The notes under the pieces are model-generated. The model searched no databases and had not been told where the DNA came from. It saw nothing but the letters and a program-made list of their open reading frames with translations. Positions 48,749-58,083 of a DNA stretch of 64,000 bases are shown here, in pieces. The stretch is from a virus. Its lineage: Duplodnaviria > Caudoviricetes. Position numbers and translations under genes: made by a program. The stretch spans positions 192 through 64,191 of IMG/VR virus record IMGVR_UViG_3300032241_001154; one strand, 5' to 3'. Numbering within the stretch: position 1 is the first letter of the stretch; the number at the start of each line of letters is the position of its first letter.

Positions 48749-51561
48749 TAGTTCACCAACTCGATAATCATGTAGCCCGAACCGCCAGCCGAGCCAGCCG
48801 TCGAGGTTCCGGTTGCGGTAGCGCCAGCCGAGCCACCTACGCCACCGCAGGCAGAGTTGATACCAGCATTTGCCGGAGCAACACCGTTGATTGTGGCTGA
48901 ACCACCGGCAGCACCCAAGACGCTCACAACCCCGTAAATGGTAGCGGGAGCACCAGCAGCGCCGCCGTTTGTCGCAGAAGCGGTGGAGCCACCAGAGCCA
49001 CCAAAACCGCCCATGAACCCAGTGTTTTGACCGGCGGCATTTTTAGCAGAGGGGCCGCCGCCGCCTGAGTAAGTATTGGAAGAGGTATTTGCCGAAGATG
49101 CGGCTGCCGTGATTCCACCGCCAATAGCGGTGGTGCTTGAAGCGTTACTACCCCCCCCGTAAGAAGAAGCAGTGCCGTTGTTGACGGTTACGCCGTTCAT
49201 AGTGAAGTTCTGCCCACCACCGTTGCCGCCGTTGGAGCCTGCGTTTCCACCAGCCGCACCAGCCGCACCGCCGTAGCCGCCTCGTCCGAGGTTGAAGGTC
49301 GCAGTAGCAGCGACAGACATAAGGTAGCGCCCAGCGCCACCACCAGCACCGCCACCGCCACCGACCTGAGCGATGGCAGATGAGGCCGTTCCAGCACCCC
49401 CACCACCACCGGCACCACCTACAGTTGTGATTGCAAGTGTCGTGGCACTGGGGAACATTGTGCTGATGGGCAAGATAACACTGAGAGGCAGCAGTTCGGT
49501 ACCAATAGGAAAGTCCTGCGAAGGGGTGAAAGAACTGACGGAAAGGGTCGTAGCACCAACCGCCGCCGCTGCCGACAACGTTACGGTCTGCTGAACGATG
49601 GAGCCGCCAGCCGAAGGGTAAGCAATCAACTGAAGCGTCGAACCTGAGTTCATTGGGTACTTCAAGGCATTCACCGATAAAGAGGCGATAGCGGCAACGC
49701 CTGTATTCACGGAAAGAGTGGGCGAACCAATAAAAATAGACGAAACCGGCTGAGTGAAAAATCCCGTACCATTGGAAACGAGACGAGAACCAGCCGTACC
49801 AGCCGAGGACGTGCCCGTACCACCTTGACCAACTTGAAGAGTGCCAGCACTGGTATTTGCGCCGACGTTGGTATACCCTGCGGTCAGCGCCCCCCACGTC
49901 TTAGTGCTTGCGTTGTAGGTGTAAATGGCGTTTTGGTAACCGTACAAAGTCGTGCGAATAAAAGAACCGAGAGTATCGCCAGAGCCGACTGCAATAAGAA
50001 CAGAGTTCGGGTCATAACTTAGGTTTGTTACCGCAACGGCGCTTCCGTTTGGCGGAGCCGTTGGGAGCGTGACGGTAATCGAGCCAGTGGTTGAGTGACA
50101 CTGAACGCTGTCTCCAACTGACGCTGTGTAGTTGGATGTTTGGACGGCTGTCGGAACGAGGTACGGAATCGTAGTTTTGGAACTGAGGACTTGGTAGACC
50201 GGAATACTGGTCGTGCCGAGAGTGGCTGAGGCGTTGTTTGCAAGACCAATCTGCCACGTCGTTCCACCGTAGGTTGTTCCCTGATTGACCTGAATGAGCG
50301 AGGCGGCCAGTTTGGAAGGCGTGTCTGCGTCGTTGTCCCGACAGAAAACTGCTGAAACTCCGGTTGTTCCGGTTGTCGTGCAGAGCCAGATGCCATTCTG
50401 TGTTGTGTCCGTTTGACCGGCGAACAAAACACGGTCACCCGTTGATGCGCTTACTGTGTATCCATCAACGACAAAAGCCCCAGTTGCCGTGACGGTGAAG
50501 GTGTCCACGTTGAGGGGATAGTCGTTGGTCGTGTTTGCGCCGGTAGTAACCGTGCCGGTGGGATTGGAACTACTGATTCCAGTGGAAACGCAGGTGCCAA
50601 CAATGTTTGACACGGCGACGACTTGAACGGCTTGGTGAACCTGAAACTGAACCCACTCTGGGCCGCCATTGGCAATGTTCCCATAAGACATGAGCAACTG
50701 GCCTGCGTTGCCGGTAGCGCCGCCACCGTTGGAGCCGGTATCGGTGTAGGTGTTTGCAGTAGCCCCACCAAACAGAACCGCCCCAGGCGTCGGCAAATAC
50801 GGCCCCATTCCACCACTGGTAACGGGCAAAGAACCCGAAGAAACACTGGTGTTGTTCCAAAGTAGGGTGGTATCAAGTGGCGGCGTTGTTCCCGTGTATA
50901 CGCCTTGATTGCCTTGATTGCCTTGATTGCCTTGATTGCCCTGCGTACCGACGTTTCCCTGATTACCTTGGAAACCTTGCGCCCCCTGTGAGCCAGCGTT
51001 CCCCTGATACCCCTGTGCTCCTTGATTACCCTGTGCGCCTTGCGCACCCACGGCGCTGCTTGTGTACGAGAGTGCCGTTCCAGCAGCGTTGACCGCAAGA
51101 ACTTGGTTAGCCGTTCCGAGGGGAAGTCGAGAAAAGGCGTTAGCGCCAGAACCGACAATGAGGTCACCAGCCGCTTGAACTAGGCCCACCGTCTTGGAGA
51201 CGGCGTAGTTGGCCTCGGAGATGTCGGTGACACCGATGATTGGAACGACAGATGCGTTAGCGGCGTGCGCCACCCCAGTTCCTGCGGTGGCAGTGTCGTA
51301 GGCTCGGACGACGTTGAGAAGCGTGACAGTGCTGTTCGTCCAAGTGTATGAAGCGGCAGGAACGTAGACGTGTTCTTCGAGAGAGGTGTTGTAGTCGAAA
51401 GCGAGGAAGAAGCCGCCACCCACGCCAAGGCCAACCCAACTTCCAATCCCCGTAGAGAAGGTCAGTGAAATACTTGTGTCTGTCGCACCAATGCTGTTGG
51501 TCAGAAGGGCGGCAACTGGTTCGCCCGTGTAACTGTTGAGCGTGTAAGGAGTTCTTGCCAT
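48748..51561 (-). CDS. fibre protein with short collagen tract and Gly-rich C-terminus
   Basis: About 16 GXY triplets; GDRVLF..QT..TQNGIW domain; GGAGGGGG...GGSGY terminal domain. Confidence 0.8.
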   Translation of the reverse strand: MARTPYTLNSYTGEPVAALLTNSIGATDTSISLTFSTGIGSWVGLGVGGGFFLAFDYNTSLEEHVYVPAASYTWTNSTVTLLNVVRAYDTATAGTGVAHAANASVVPIIGVTDISEANYAVSKTVGLVQAAGDLIVGSGANAFSRLPLGTANQVLAVNAAGTALSYTSSAVGAQGAQGNQGAQGYQGNAGSQGAQGFQGNQGNVGTQGNQGNQGNQGNQGVYTGTTPPLDTTLLWNNTSVSSGSLPVTSGGMGPYLPTPGAVLFGGATANTYTDTGSNGGGATGNAGQLLMSYGNIANGGPEWVQFQVHQAVQVVAVSNIVGTCVSTGISSSNPTGTVTTGANTTNDYPLNVDTFTVTATGAFVVDGYTVSASTGDRVLFAGQTDTTQNGIWLCTTTGTTGVSAVFCRDNDADTPSKLAASLIQVNQGTTYGGTTWQIGLANNASATLGTTSIPVYQVLSSKTTIPYLVPTAVQTSNYTASVGDSVQCHSTTGSITVTLPTAPPNGSAVAVTNLSYDPNSVLIAVGSGDTLGSFIRTTLYGYQNAIYTYNASTKTWGALTAGYTNVGANTSAGTLQVGQGGTGTSSAGTAGSRLVSNGTGFFTQPVSSIFIGSPTLSVNTGVAAIASLSVNALKYPMNSGSTLQLIAYPSAGGSIVQQTVTLSAAAAVGATTLSVSSFTPSQDFPIGTELLPLSVILPISTMFPSATTLAITTVGGAGGGGGAGTASSAIAQVGGGGGAGGGAGRYLMSVAATATFNLGRGGYGGAAGAAGGNAGSNGGNGGGQNFTMNGVTVNNGTASSYGGGSNASSTTAIGGGITAAASSANTSSNTYSGGGGPSAKNAAGQNTGFMGGFGGSGGSTASATNGGAAGAPATIYGVVSVLGAAGGSATINGVAPANAGINSACGGVGGSAGATATGTSTAGSAGGSGYMIIELVN

Positions 51562-51584
51562 TTCAGCCCCTAAGGGTTATCCCC

Positions 51585-52307
51585 TTAGTTGCTCAGCAAC
51601 CACGTTGGCGTGACCTTCAGGGTGTCATTTGCACCCAAGGTCGGGCCTGCGTTGGTGGTGGAACCGTCTGCAAAGTTGGCAGCATAGAAGATGTTGCCTG
51701 TCGTGGTGCTGGAAACCGCATCCGTAATGAAGTAGCCGTTCGCCTGAAGCCACGAACCAGTCGCCGTGAACGTGACCTGCGCACCCGTTGACTTTTCACC
51801 ATTCACGGTGTCACCGATGAGAACCGTGGCGCTGGTCGTGTGCGCCGAGGTGAAGGCCGAGGAAACGGTGACCGTTGAGCCGGAGATGCCGGTAATGACC
51901 TTGATTTCCGATGTGCCGGTGCTGTCGAAGTTGGCGGTCATGCCAATAGCGATGCCAGAAGTCGAGGAAAGCGATGCCGTCCATGAACCAGAAGCGATTG
52001 AGGCGCTAGGCGTGGTGGAAAGAACTGGCGAACCAGCGTTGTATGCAGTAGCGGTTGCGATGGCAGCAAAGTTGACAGACTGGCGGCTGTAACCCGATGC
52101 GGCGGTGCCAGAAGCGCCCCAGATTTCGTAACCCGAAGAGTTCAACGTGGCGAGGGTGACAGTCGCAGCAGGAACCGTGGTGCCAGAGAAGCCAGTGAAA
52201 AGACCAAGGTAGTAGGTCGGGGCGGTACCAGAAGGCGTAGTACCAGTAGGCACGGCAAGTTGGTTGAAAATCTTTGTCAAGCCTTGGTTGAAGAATACCT
52301 GAGCCAC
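51585..52307 (-). CDS. virion structural protein (fibre base / collar-like)
   Basis: YLGLFT...E...SGYSRQSV.F...VTF.ATGSW....GYFI.D...G pattern. Confidence 0.6.
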   Translation of the reverse strand: MAQVFFNQGLTKIFNQLAVPTGTTPSGTAPTYYLGLFTGFSGTTVPAATVTLATLNSSGYEIWGASGTAASGYSRQSVNFAAIATATAYNAGSPVLSTTPSASIASGSWTASLSSTSGIAIGMTANFDSTGTSEIKVITGISGSTVTVSSAFTSAHTTSATVLIGDTVNGEKSTGAQVTFTATGSWLQANGYFITDAVSSTTTGNIFYAANFADGSTTNAGPTLGANDTLKVTPTWLLSN

Positions 52308-52368
52308 GTCTACTCCTAGGGGTTTGCGCTGTGTCTATTCTGCCACAGGATTGGTGAAATGAAGCCCT

Positions 52369-52830
52369 TTACTGTTGTTCCGCACTCATAAACAAGTGCA
52401 GTTCATGGCTCAGTCGCTTGACCTCATGGAGTTCACCTTCGAGACGGTGGAGTATTTCGGAACTTTCCTTAGAGATTGACAAGTGTGAGAGAGCCTGTTC
52501 CGCAGCAACCGCATCGGCTCGCTTGGCGGCAATCAGCAGAATCGCTCCTTGCAAGCCAGCCAACATTGAGAGGAAGAGGTTTAGCAAGATGAACGGATAC
52601 GGGTCGAATCCTTTGTTGTTCAACCAAAAGACGTTGACTGCTGCCCAGATTGCCATGAACACCAAGAATGTGCCGACAAATCCCCACGAACCCATGCGAT
52701 TACGAACTGCGTCAGCGGCCTTTTCACCACGGCTAAGTTCGGCACCTGTGCGGACGCCTGGGAGTGGTGTCCACGGGTTGTTCTCGTCGTACCAATCGGG
52801 AAGCGTCCCGTCAGTCCACTCACTTGACAT
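52369..52830 (-). CDS. DUF1003-like membrane protein
   Basis: AD.V...MGSWGF...FDPYPFILLNLFLSMLA. Confidence 0.8.
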   Translation of the reverse strand: MSSEWTDGTLPDWYDENNPWTPLPGVRTGAELSRGEKAADAVRNRMGSWGFVGTFLVFMAIWAAVNVFWLNNKGFDPYPFILLNLFLSMLAGLQGAILLIAAKRADAVAAEQALSHLSISKESSEILHRLEGELHEVKRLSHELHLFMSAEQQ

Positions 52831-53194
52831 GGATAACCTCGGCTCTAGTGATGATGTTGACGTTGGGCAGTCTCTCTAGCATTTGCGCAGGGGGGCGGTT
52901 GGGGTAGATGGCGTAGGTTTCCAATCCTGCCGCTACTGCCGCAGCCATTTCCACCTTCGCACCCTCGCTGGTTGCCCACCCCATGAGAACGGCGATTGCG
53001 TCACACTCTAGGAGTTCCTTCAGGTGCGCCCTGAACGCCCCTGTGAGGCCCACGGTCTCGTCTGGGGTATCTCTGCCCCCAGTTGGGTTGTAAACGTCGT
53101 ATCCGGCCTTCTGAAGGGCATCTGACGCTTTGTTGAAGGCTGGGAAGTTACCCTGAGGTAGGCCACGCATTACGCCACTGATGTAAAACTTCAT
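52820..53194 (-). CDS. DUF4406 / nucleoside 2-deoxyribosyltransferase-like protein
   Basis: YISGVMRGLP..NFPAF...VYNP...CDAI..L.GW..S.GA..E. Confidence 0.75.
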   Translation of the reverse strand: MKFYISGVMRGLPQGNFPAFNKASDALQKAGYDVYNPTGGRDTPDETVGLTGAFRAHLKELLECDAIAVLMGWATSEGAKVEMAAAVAAGLETYAIYPNRPPAQMLERLPNVNIITRAEVIHVK

Positions 53195-53216
53195 AGGCGA
53201 CCTGCGTTACGGCTTT

Positions 53217-53477
53217 CTACCTAGTGGTTTTCTTAGCGACGGGCTTCTTGGCAGGAGCGGCCTTCTTGACGGGAGCCTTTTTCACCACGGGGGCCTCTTC
53301 TGGCTCAACCGTTGCGGTGAGTTCGGAAATCTCGTCGCTGCTCAACTTGACGAGGTAGTCGGTGCTTATAAGCGACTGCACGTTTGCCCAGTTGGAAGCG
53401 TCAACAAGGTCATTGACTTTGTAGTCAAAATCACCTGCGGACAGCAACTTTGTAACACGGTGTGTTGGAGTACTCAT
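53217..53477 (-). CDS. hypothetical protein with Lys/Ala/Pro-rich tail
   Basis: 86 aa, directly after the capsid gene. Confidence 0.6.
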   Translation of the reverse strand: MSTPTHRVTKLLSAGDFDYKVNDLVDASNWANVQSLISTDYLVKLSSDEISELTATVEPEEAPVVKKAPVKKAAPAKKPVAKKTTR

Positions 53478-53502
53478 AGGATTTAGCGTACCACAGTAAA
53501 GC

Positions 53503-53538
53503 AAAATCCCCCCCGAACCCGAAGGCCGAGGGGGATTT
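53503..53538 (-). terminator. intrinsic terminator after the major capsid gene
   Basis: AAATCCCCC...GGGGGATTT inverted repeat with T-run on the minus strand. Confidence 0.7.
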
Positions 53539-53556
53539 CACTGAACTGCTTTGGAA

Positions 53557-54543
53557 CTAGATAATCGAGTTCCAGAAGAAGCCGAGGTCGGCGGCAACAA
53601 CCTTGTCGTCGAAGGCGATTTCACCTTCAACACGGTCAGCCTTCAACTCTTCCATGCGGAAGCGTGAAACACCAACCGTGGTGCCGAGGCCACCCGAAAC
53701 GCCAGTCCACATGAACGTGTAACCAGCCGAAGGGGTCATCAGACCAGGGTTAGGAGCCGAGTAGCACAACAGAGCGTTGTTGTTGGCGGTGAAGTTGTAC
53801 GAGCCAGTCAAGCCTTCGTCAGCGTTGTTGACGACTGCCTTGGCGACGAGCACACGGTCAAGACCGAAGAGTTGAGCAATCAAGTCCTCGGTGATGATGG
53901 CACCAGCCTGCGTGTACTTGTAGCGGTCAACCAGCGTGGGGTGAGCCTTCAACTTCTGAAACACGGGGTACGAGAGCACGAGCGTGTTGGGTTCGTAACC
54001 AGTGCTCTGAAGCACCTGATACTTGGCCCACTCGATGTCCACGATGGGCAGACCGTTGGTGTAGTCAGACCACTTGATGGTGGTCGTCGTACCAGAGGTA
54101 CCTGCACCAGCGGTCACACCCACAGCGTCGGTGCCCCACACGCCACCCTGAAAGAAGTCCTGCGCCCACTGCACTTCACGGCGCAGCAAGAGACGCTGGG
54201 TGACGAACTGCGTCGCTTCCATGTCGGGGTTGAGGGGGTTGTCGGCGTTAGCACGGGTCTGGTCGCCAATGTCCTTGTGGAAGGCGAACACGTCGGCCTG
54301 ATAGGTGTCCGTGGTGAGGCCGTAACCTGAACCAGCGGAAGCCGTACCGTCGGCACGACGCTGAGCCTCGTCACGGAACCAGTCGTCCTTGGTGTACTTG
54401 AAGTAGAGGTTCGACTTCTTGTCCACTGGAACGACAGGGAAAACCTTGTCCGCAATGAAGTTGTTGGTGTTCTGCAAGTACGCAACCGAGATGTTCGTCA
54501 AGATTGCGTCAATGTGAACGTTGTTTACTGATGGCTGTGGCAT
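53557..54543 (-). CDS. major capsid protein
   Basis: VHIDAILTNISVAY...FIADKVFPVVPV N-terminus; strong codon bias; follows scaffold and cement genes. Confidence 0.9.
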   Translation of the reverse strand: MPQPSVNNVHIDAILTNISVAYLQNTNNFIADKVFPVVPVDKKSNLYFKYTKDDWFRDEAQRRADGTASAGSGYGLTTDTYQADVFAFHKDIGDQTRANADNPLNPDMEATQFVTQRLLLRREVQWAQDFFQGGVWGTDAVGVTAGAGTSGTTTTIKWSDYTNGLPIVDIEWAKYQVLQSTGYEPNTLVLSYPVFQKLKAHPTLVDRYKYTQAGAIITEDLIAQLFGLDRVLVAKAVVNNADEGLTGSYNFTANNNALLCYSAPNPGLMTPSAGYTFMWTGVSGGLGTTVGVSRFRMEELKADRVEGEIAFDDKVVAADLGFFWNSII

Positions 54544-54561
54544 GTTATTTCACAGTCCTTT

Positions 54562-55299
54562 CTAGATAGCACGCACGGCGGCGGCAGCCGACAGAGCGAG
54601 GGTGATAACGTCACCAGCAGCCGAGGCTGGGGTGAGCGCAGTACCGACGACAAACGGAATCGTCGTTGACGTGGCGTTCGTAATCGACAGGTAGAACGTG
54701 GTCGAAACCGCACGACCTGAACTGTCAACCGTAACGGGAGCGCCAGCGGTAACAGCAGCGCCAGCAATCACCTTCGTGATGCCCGAAATCGTGATTTCGG
54801 CCTCAGAACTGCCCTCAACACCAGAGTTGGCGTTCAACTTGGTGATGGGCTGGTTCTGAAGAACACCAACGGGACGGTCAGAAGCAGACGTGACGATGGT
54901 GGCAACAGGGGCGTTCTGGTAGGGCTGCGACGAAGGGGTCACGTTGGCGGTGATGGTAGCCGAGGTCAGCGCCAGAACCGAAAGGTTCACGGCGGTGATG
55001 TTGGTACCACTGTAGGTAAGGCCCGTGATGAAGGCACCAGCAGGAATCTGCGAGGTACCAGCAGCAGCGGTGACGGGAGCGCCAAGGACGATTCCAGCAC
55101 TCGACGCAACAGTGATGCCAGTAATCTGGCTGCTGTTGGTGGTCGTGGTACCAGTGAAAGCGGCGGACGACAAGCCTGCAACCTTCACGAACTTGAACTG
55201 TGGCGAGGACGACACGATTCCGTTGGTGATGGTTGAGTTCAGGGTGTTGTCAGCCGTCATCGAAATCTTGACGGCGTAGGGATTCTGCTCGAAAGCCAT
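54562..55299 (-). CDS. capsid cement/decoration protein (DUF2190-like) with inserted module
   Basis: QFKFVK...GVLQN.P...G..KV.AG..V.AG..V..D..GRA...G.AL..A.AAGD.I. Confidence 0.75.
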   Translation of the reverse strand: MAFEQNPYAVKISMTADNTLNSTITNGIVSSSPQFKFVKVAGLSSAAFTGTTTTNSSQITGITVASSAGIVLGAPVTAAAGTSQIPAGAFITGLTYSGTNITAVNLSVLALTSATITANVTPSSQPYQNAPVATIVTSASDRPVGVLQNQPITKLNANSGVEGSSEAEITISGITKVIAGAAVTAGAPVTVDSSGRAVSTTFYLSITNATSTTIPFVVGTALTPASAAGDVITLALSAAAAVRAI

Positions 55300-55302
55300 G
55301 GC

Positions 55303-56118
55303 TTAGCGACCTTTCTCGTTGAGGTAAGACGTGTACAAGTCGGGGTTGCTCTGGGCGACAGACATCAGCGCAGCCTCGAACGAAGGAGCGGTACCGGCAG
55401 AAACAGCAGCCTTGGCAAGCGATTCCATCTTCGAGTAAGCGTCGTCGGTCATGACGGGAGCGTCCGAACCAACCTCAGTGAAAACAACGTTGGTTTCCAC
55501 GAGGGCGTTAGCACTGTCGAGGGCCTTGACGATTTCGCCAGCGAGAACGCCGTCGGATTCGGAAAGGCGACGAAGGGCAGGGCCAACAATCGTAGGGTCA
55601 ATGTTGAGGTGCGACCAGCCAGCAGCCTTGATGACAGCAGCCTCATCAGCACGAGCCTCACGCTCGGCAATAAGGGCAGCCTCAGAAGCAGCAGCCTTGC
55701 GAAGGGCAGCCTCGGCGTTAGCCGAAGCCTCGTCCAGCATCTTGCGAATAGCCTGTGGCATCGCCTTGATGATGTCAGCCTCGCTCGCAGCCTCAGGAAC
55801 GATGACAACTTCGGTCATCTCTGAAACTTCAGACATAGTTTTCTCCTTGAAAACTTTGAGGGTTTCCAAAACAGCGTTCGCTGCCTTGGCGGTGTCCAGT
55901 AAAATCTCGTCTGCTTCGATTTCCTCAGCAGGCAACTCGGTTACCTCTTCAACAGGGGCAACCTCGTCCGAGACTTCAGTGGGACGGAGTTCGTCAAGCA
56001 CCGCTTCAGCATCCGCAGGGCTTGCCGACTTCATTACTACCCAACCATCGTGCAGGTGCGCAGGGTGGTCAACACCCGACGTTTCCTTGATGCTCAGTTT
56101 CACGAGTTTGCGAGCCAT
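55303..56118 (-). CDS. capsid scaffold-like protein
   Basis: L..L.I.E.S.VD.PA N-terminus, acidic coiled coil, NPDLY..Y C-terminus; upstream of cement and capsid. Confidence 0.7.
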   Translation of the reverse strand: MARKLVKLSIKETSGVDHPAHLHDGWVVMKSASPADAEAVLDELRPTEVSDEVAPVEEVTELPAEEIEADEILLDTAKAANAVLETLKVFKEKTMSEVSEMTEVVIVPEAASEADIIKAMPQAIRKMLDEASANAEAALRKAAASEAALIAEREARADEAAVIKAAGWSHLNIDPTIVGPALRRLSESDGVLAGEIVKALDSANALVETNVVFTEVGSDAPVMTDDAYSKMESLAKAAVSAGTAPSFEAALMSVAQSNPDLYTSYLNEKGR

Positions 56119-56175
56119 TCGCTTCTGCTTTCTACGACTTGACCAAACGGGAACCCGTAGGTCTTGACATAGTGA

Positions 56176-56203
56176 ACAGTAGAGGCAGTTTTGGAAATGT
56201 CAA
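56176..56203 (-). promoter_or_regulatory. promoter of the capsid operon
   Basis: Minus strand TTGACA-N16-TACTGT. Confidence 0.55.
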
Positions 56204-56233
56204 GTGTCAAATACTTGACACGACGAAAGACGA

Positions 56234-57049
56234 CTAGAAGGGGTCGTCGGAGATGGTGGAATAGAGGGGGCAAATGTCCTTGAACGAGCACCACTTATCG
56301 CACAGATTGTTGGCGATTGGTGGGAAGTAGCCAGCGTTGTACCAGCCCTCAATCTTCGCCCACGCCTCTCGGACACGGCGCTCTGCGTAGCGGACATCTT
56401 CGTCGGTGACATCAATCACCAGCGTCTTGCCGAACTGAACGTAGAGCAAGCGAATCTGCTTGGGGCGCTCGCCAAGGACTTGCTCACACAGGTAGGCGTA
56501 AATCTTGGCAGGTAGAATGGCTGCCGCTTTGTACTTGTCGGTAGGGACTTTGCCAGTCTTGTAGTCCACAATCACCAGCGAGCCGTCAGGGTCACGGTCT
56601 AAGCGGTCTAGGATGCCACGGAGCGTCCATCCGCCCATGTCTACGTCCATCTTGATTTCGATGCCCTCTGAGGTGATTTCCTCTGGGTTCTCCATCGTGA
56701 AGTAGGTGCGGATGTACTTGGCGAGGTCACGGGCGAACGTTTGCACGCCGACCTCATCGAGTTCCATTTCACCAGCAATCTCGTCGCTCACGAGCGTGGG
56801 GAATAACTCACGCATCACTTCGAGGGTGTAGTCGAGGGTGCGGAGTTCGGGTGTCTCAGCGGTTCGTAGGAACACGGTTTCCAGCACTTCGTGGAACACG
56901 GTGCCACGGTAGGTCGCCATCTTCTTCGCCTCTGGGAGACGCTCGATGGTGGAATACTGATACTGACGTGGGCACGTCTCGATTTGGTTCACTCGGCTAG
57001 GTGAAACACCATAGGGCTTTTCGCCTAGATACACAGGAACACTCGACAC
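56234..57049 (-). CDS. RecB-family PD-(D/E)XK exonuclease
   Basis: SPS....CP, GTVFHEVLE, RGILDRLD, IVDYKTGK, C..C.F...C. Confidence 0.9.
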   Translation of the reverse strand: MSSVPVYLGEKPYGVSPSRVNQIETCPRQYQYSTIERLPEAKKMATYRGTVFHEVLETVFLRTAETPELRTLDYTLEVMRELFPTLVSDEIAGEMELDEVGVQTFARDLAKYIRTYFTMENPEEITSEGIEIKMDVDMGGWTLRGILDRLDRDPDGSLVIVDYKTGKVPTDKYKAAAILPAKIYAYLCEQVLGERPKQIRLLYVQFGKTLVIDVTDEDVRYAERRVREAWAKIEGWYNAGYFPPIANNLCDKWCSFKDICPLYSTISDDPF

Positions 57050-57076
57050 AATGTCAACCTTATCAGTTGGGTGATG

Positions 57077-57400
57077 CTAGATGGTGGACTGCGTAATGGG
57101 GCTGATGAACGTGTTGTATTCGATTGACGACTTCAACACCCGTGCCATCTTTTCACCAGTGCGCACCGCTTCTTTGCGGTTCTTGCAGTAGATGGAGAAG
57201 TCGGAGACGGGGGTGATTACACCAGTGAACGCTTCGTTTCGGATGAGACGGAGTTCACCGTACTCTTTGTTCTGCCAAGCGACCAAACGGTAAGGGCCTA
57301 ACTTGGCTTCCTGTTGACCGAAGTCATCAGGCTCAGTCCATTTCAGCAACTTACGCAACTTCAACGGCAGAACCCGTGGTTTCCTCGGCGTACTGGACAA
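57077..57400 (-). CDS. hypothetical protein
   Basis: 107-aa ORF in operon context. Confidence 0.55.
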   Translation of the reverse strand: MSSTPRKPRVLPLKLRKLLKWTEPDDFGQQEAKLGPYRLVAWQNKEYGELRLIRNEAFTGVITPVSDFSIYCKNRKEAVRTGEKMARVLKSSIEYNTFISPITQSTI

Positions 57401-57638
57401 GGTGGCTGACGGTAAAAAGAGTGCTCAGACTGTCAATCTGGCCTTCCAACTTGGTGATGTGGTCGCCTGCCTCGATGACGGCCTTGGTGAGGCGTTCGTT
57501 GTCGGCTGCCAACTGCGTAAGCGTGGCGCTCTGCTTGTGGGCGATGTTGATGAGGGTGGTGATGTCGTTGTCGTCGGGCGTGCCCTGAACGATTGCTCGC
57601 ATGATGCGTTCAGTCAGTTCGTCTAGGTTGTTGCTCAT
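57351..57638 (-). CDS. coiled-coil hypothetical protein
   Basis: Start MSNNLDE behind AAGGAG. Confidence 0.65.
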   Translation of the reverse strand: MSNNLDELTERIMRAIVQGTPDDNDITTLINIAHKQSATLTQLAADNERLTKAVIEAGDHITKLEGQIDSLSTLFTVSHLVQYAEETTGSAVEVA

Positions 57639-57696
57639 AACACTCTCCTTGGTAGGGGGGTTGCCTAACTCTAGTGTATCACCACTATTTATGAAA

Positions 57697-58059
57697 TCAG
57701 ACATTCCCAACGTATCGGAGCACGGCGGCGTTCTCGAAGGTTGTTTTGGCGGTGTATTCCACCTCAGTTGTCTTGCCGCAGTCTTTGCACTGAAGGGGCA
57801 TGGGGTTAGCGATTTTGCGAACTCGCCAGTCGTGGGCGCAGTATCGAACATCACCATTGTTGACGAGGCGTATGTTGCGCCCCTTGGAGCCGAACTTGAT
57901 TAGCCCTTGGCGCTCTAGTTCTTTGAGGTGAACCGACACAGTGGACGTTGAGGTCACGCCGACGGCGGCGCAGATGGCTCGATACGTCGGGGCGTAGCCG
58001 AGATTATCCCAGTGCCAGCCGATGTATTTGAGTATCTTGTCCCGTGTACCTGTAGCCAT
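57697..58059 (-). CDS. LexA-type wHTH regulator with C-terminal Zn-ribbon-like motif
   Basis: GYAPTYRAIC.AVG..STSTV..HL..LE..GLI; CAH...C..CGK; no S24 peptidase domain. Confidence 0.8.
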   Translation of the reverse strand: MATGTRDKILKYIGWHWDNLGYAPTYRAICAAVGVTSTSTVSVHLKELERQGLIKFGSKGRNIRLVNNGDVRYCAHDWRVRKIANPMPLQCKDCGKTTEVEYTAKTTFENAAVLRYVGNV

Positions 58060-58083
58060 TCACCACAGCGTAGCAGGGTTTAG

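Noticed and set aside
42276-51561. Diversity-generating retroelement TR/VR pair from the duplicated fibre segments
   Set aside because: Both copies are coding, differences do not look adenine-specific, and no reverse transcriptase is in the window
56234-57049. Cas4 / CRISPR system
   Set aside because: No array or other cas genes; solo RecB-family nucleases are common in phages
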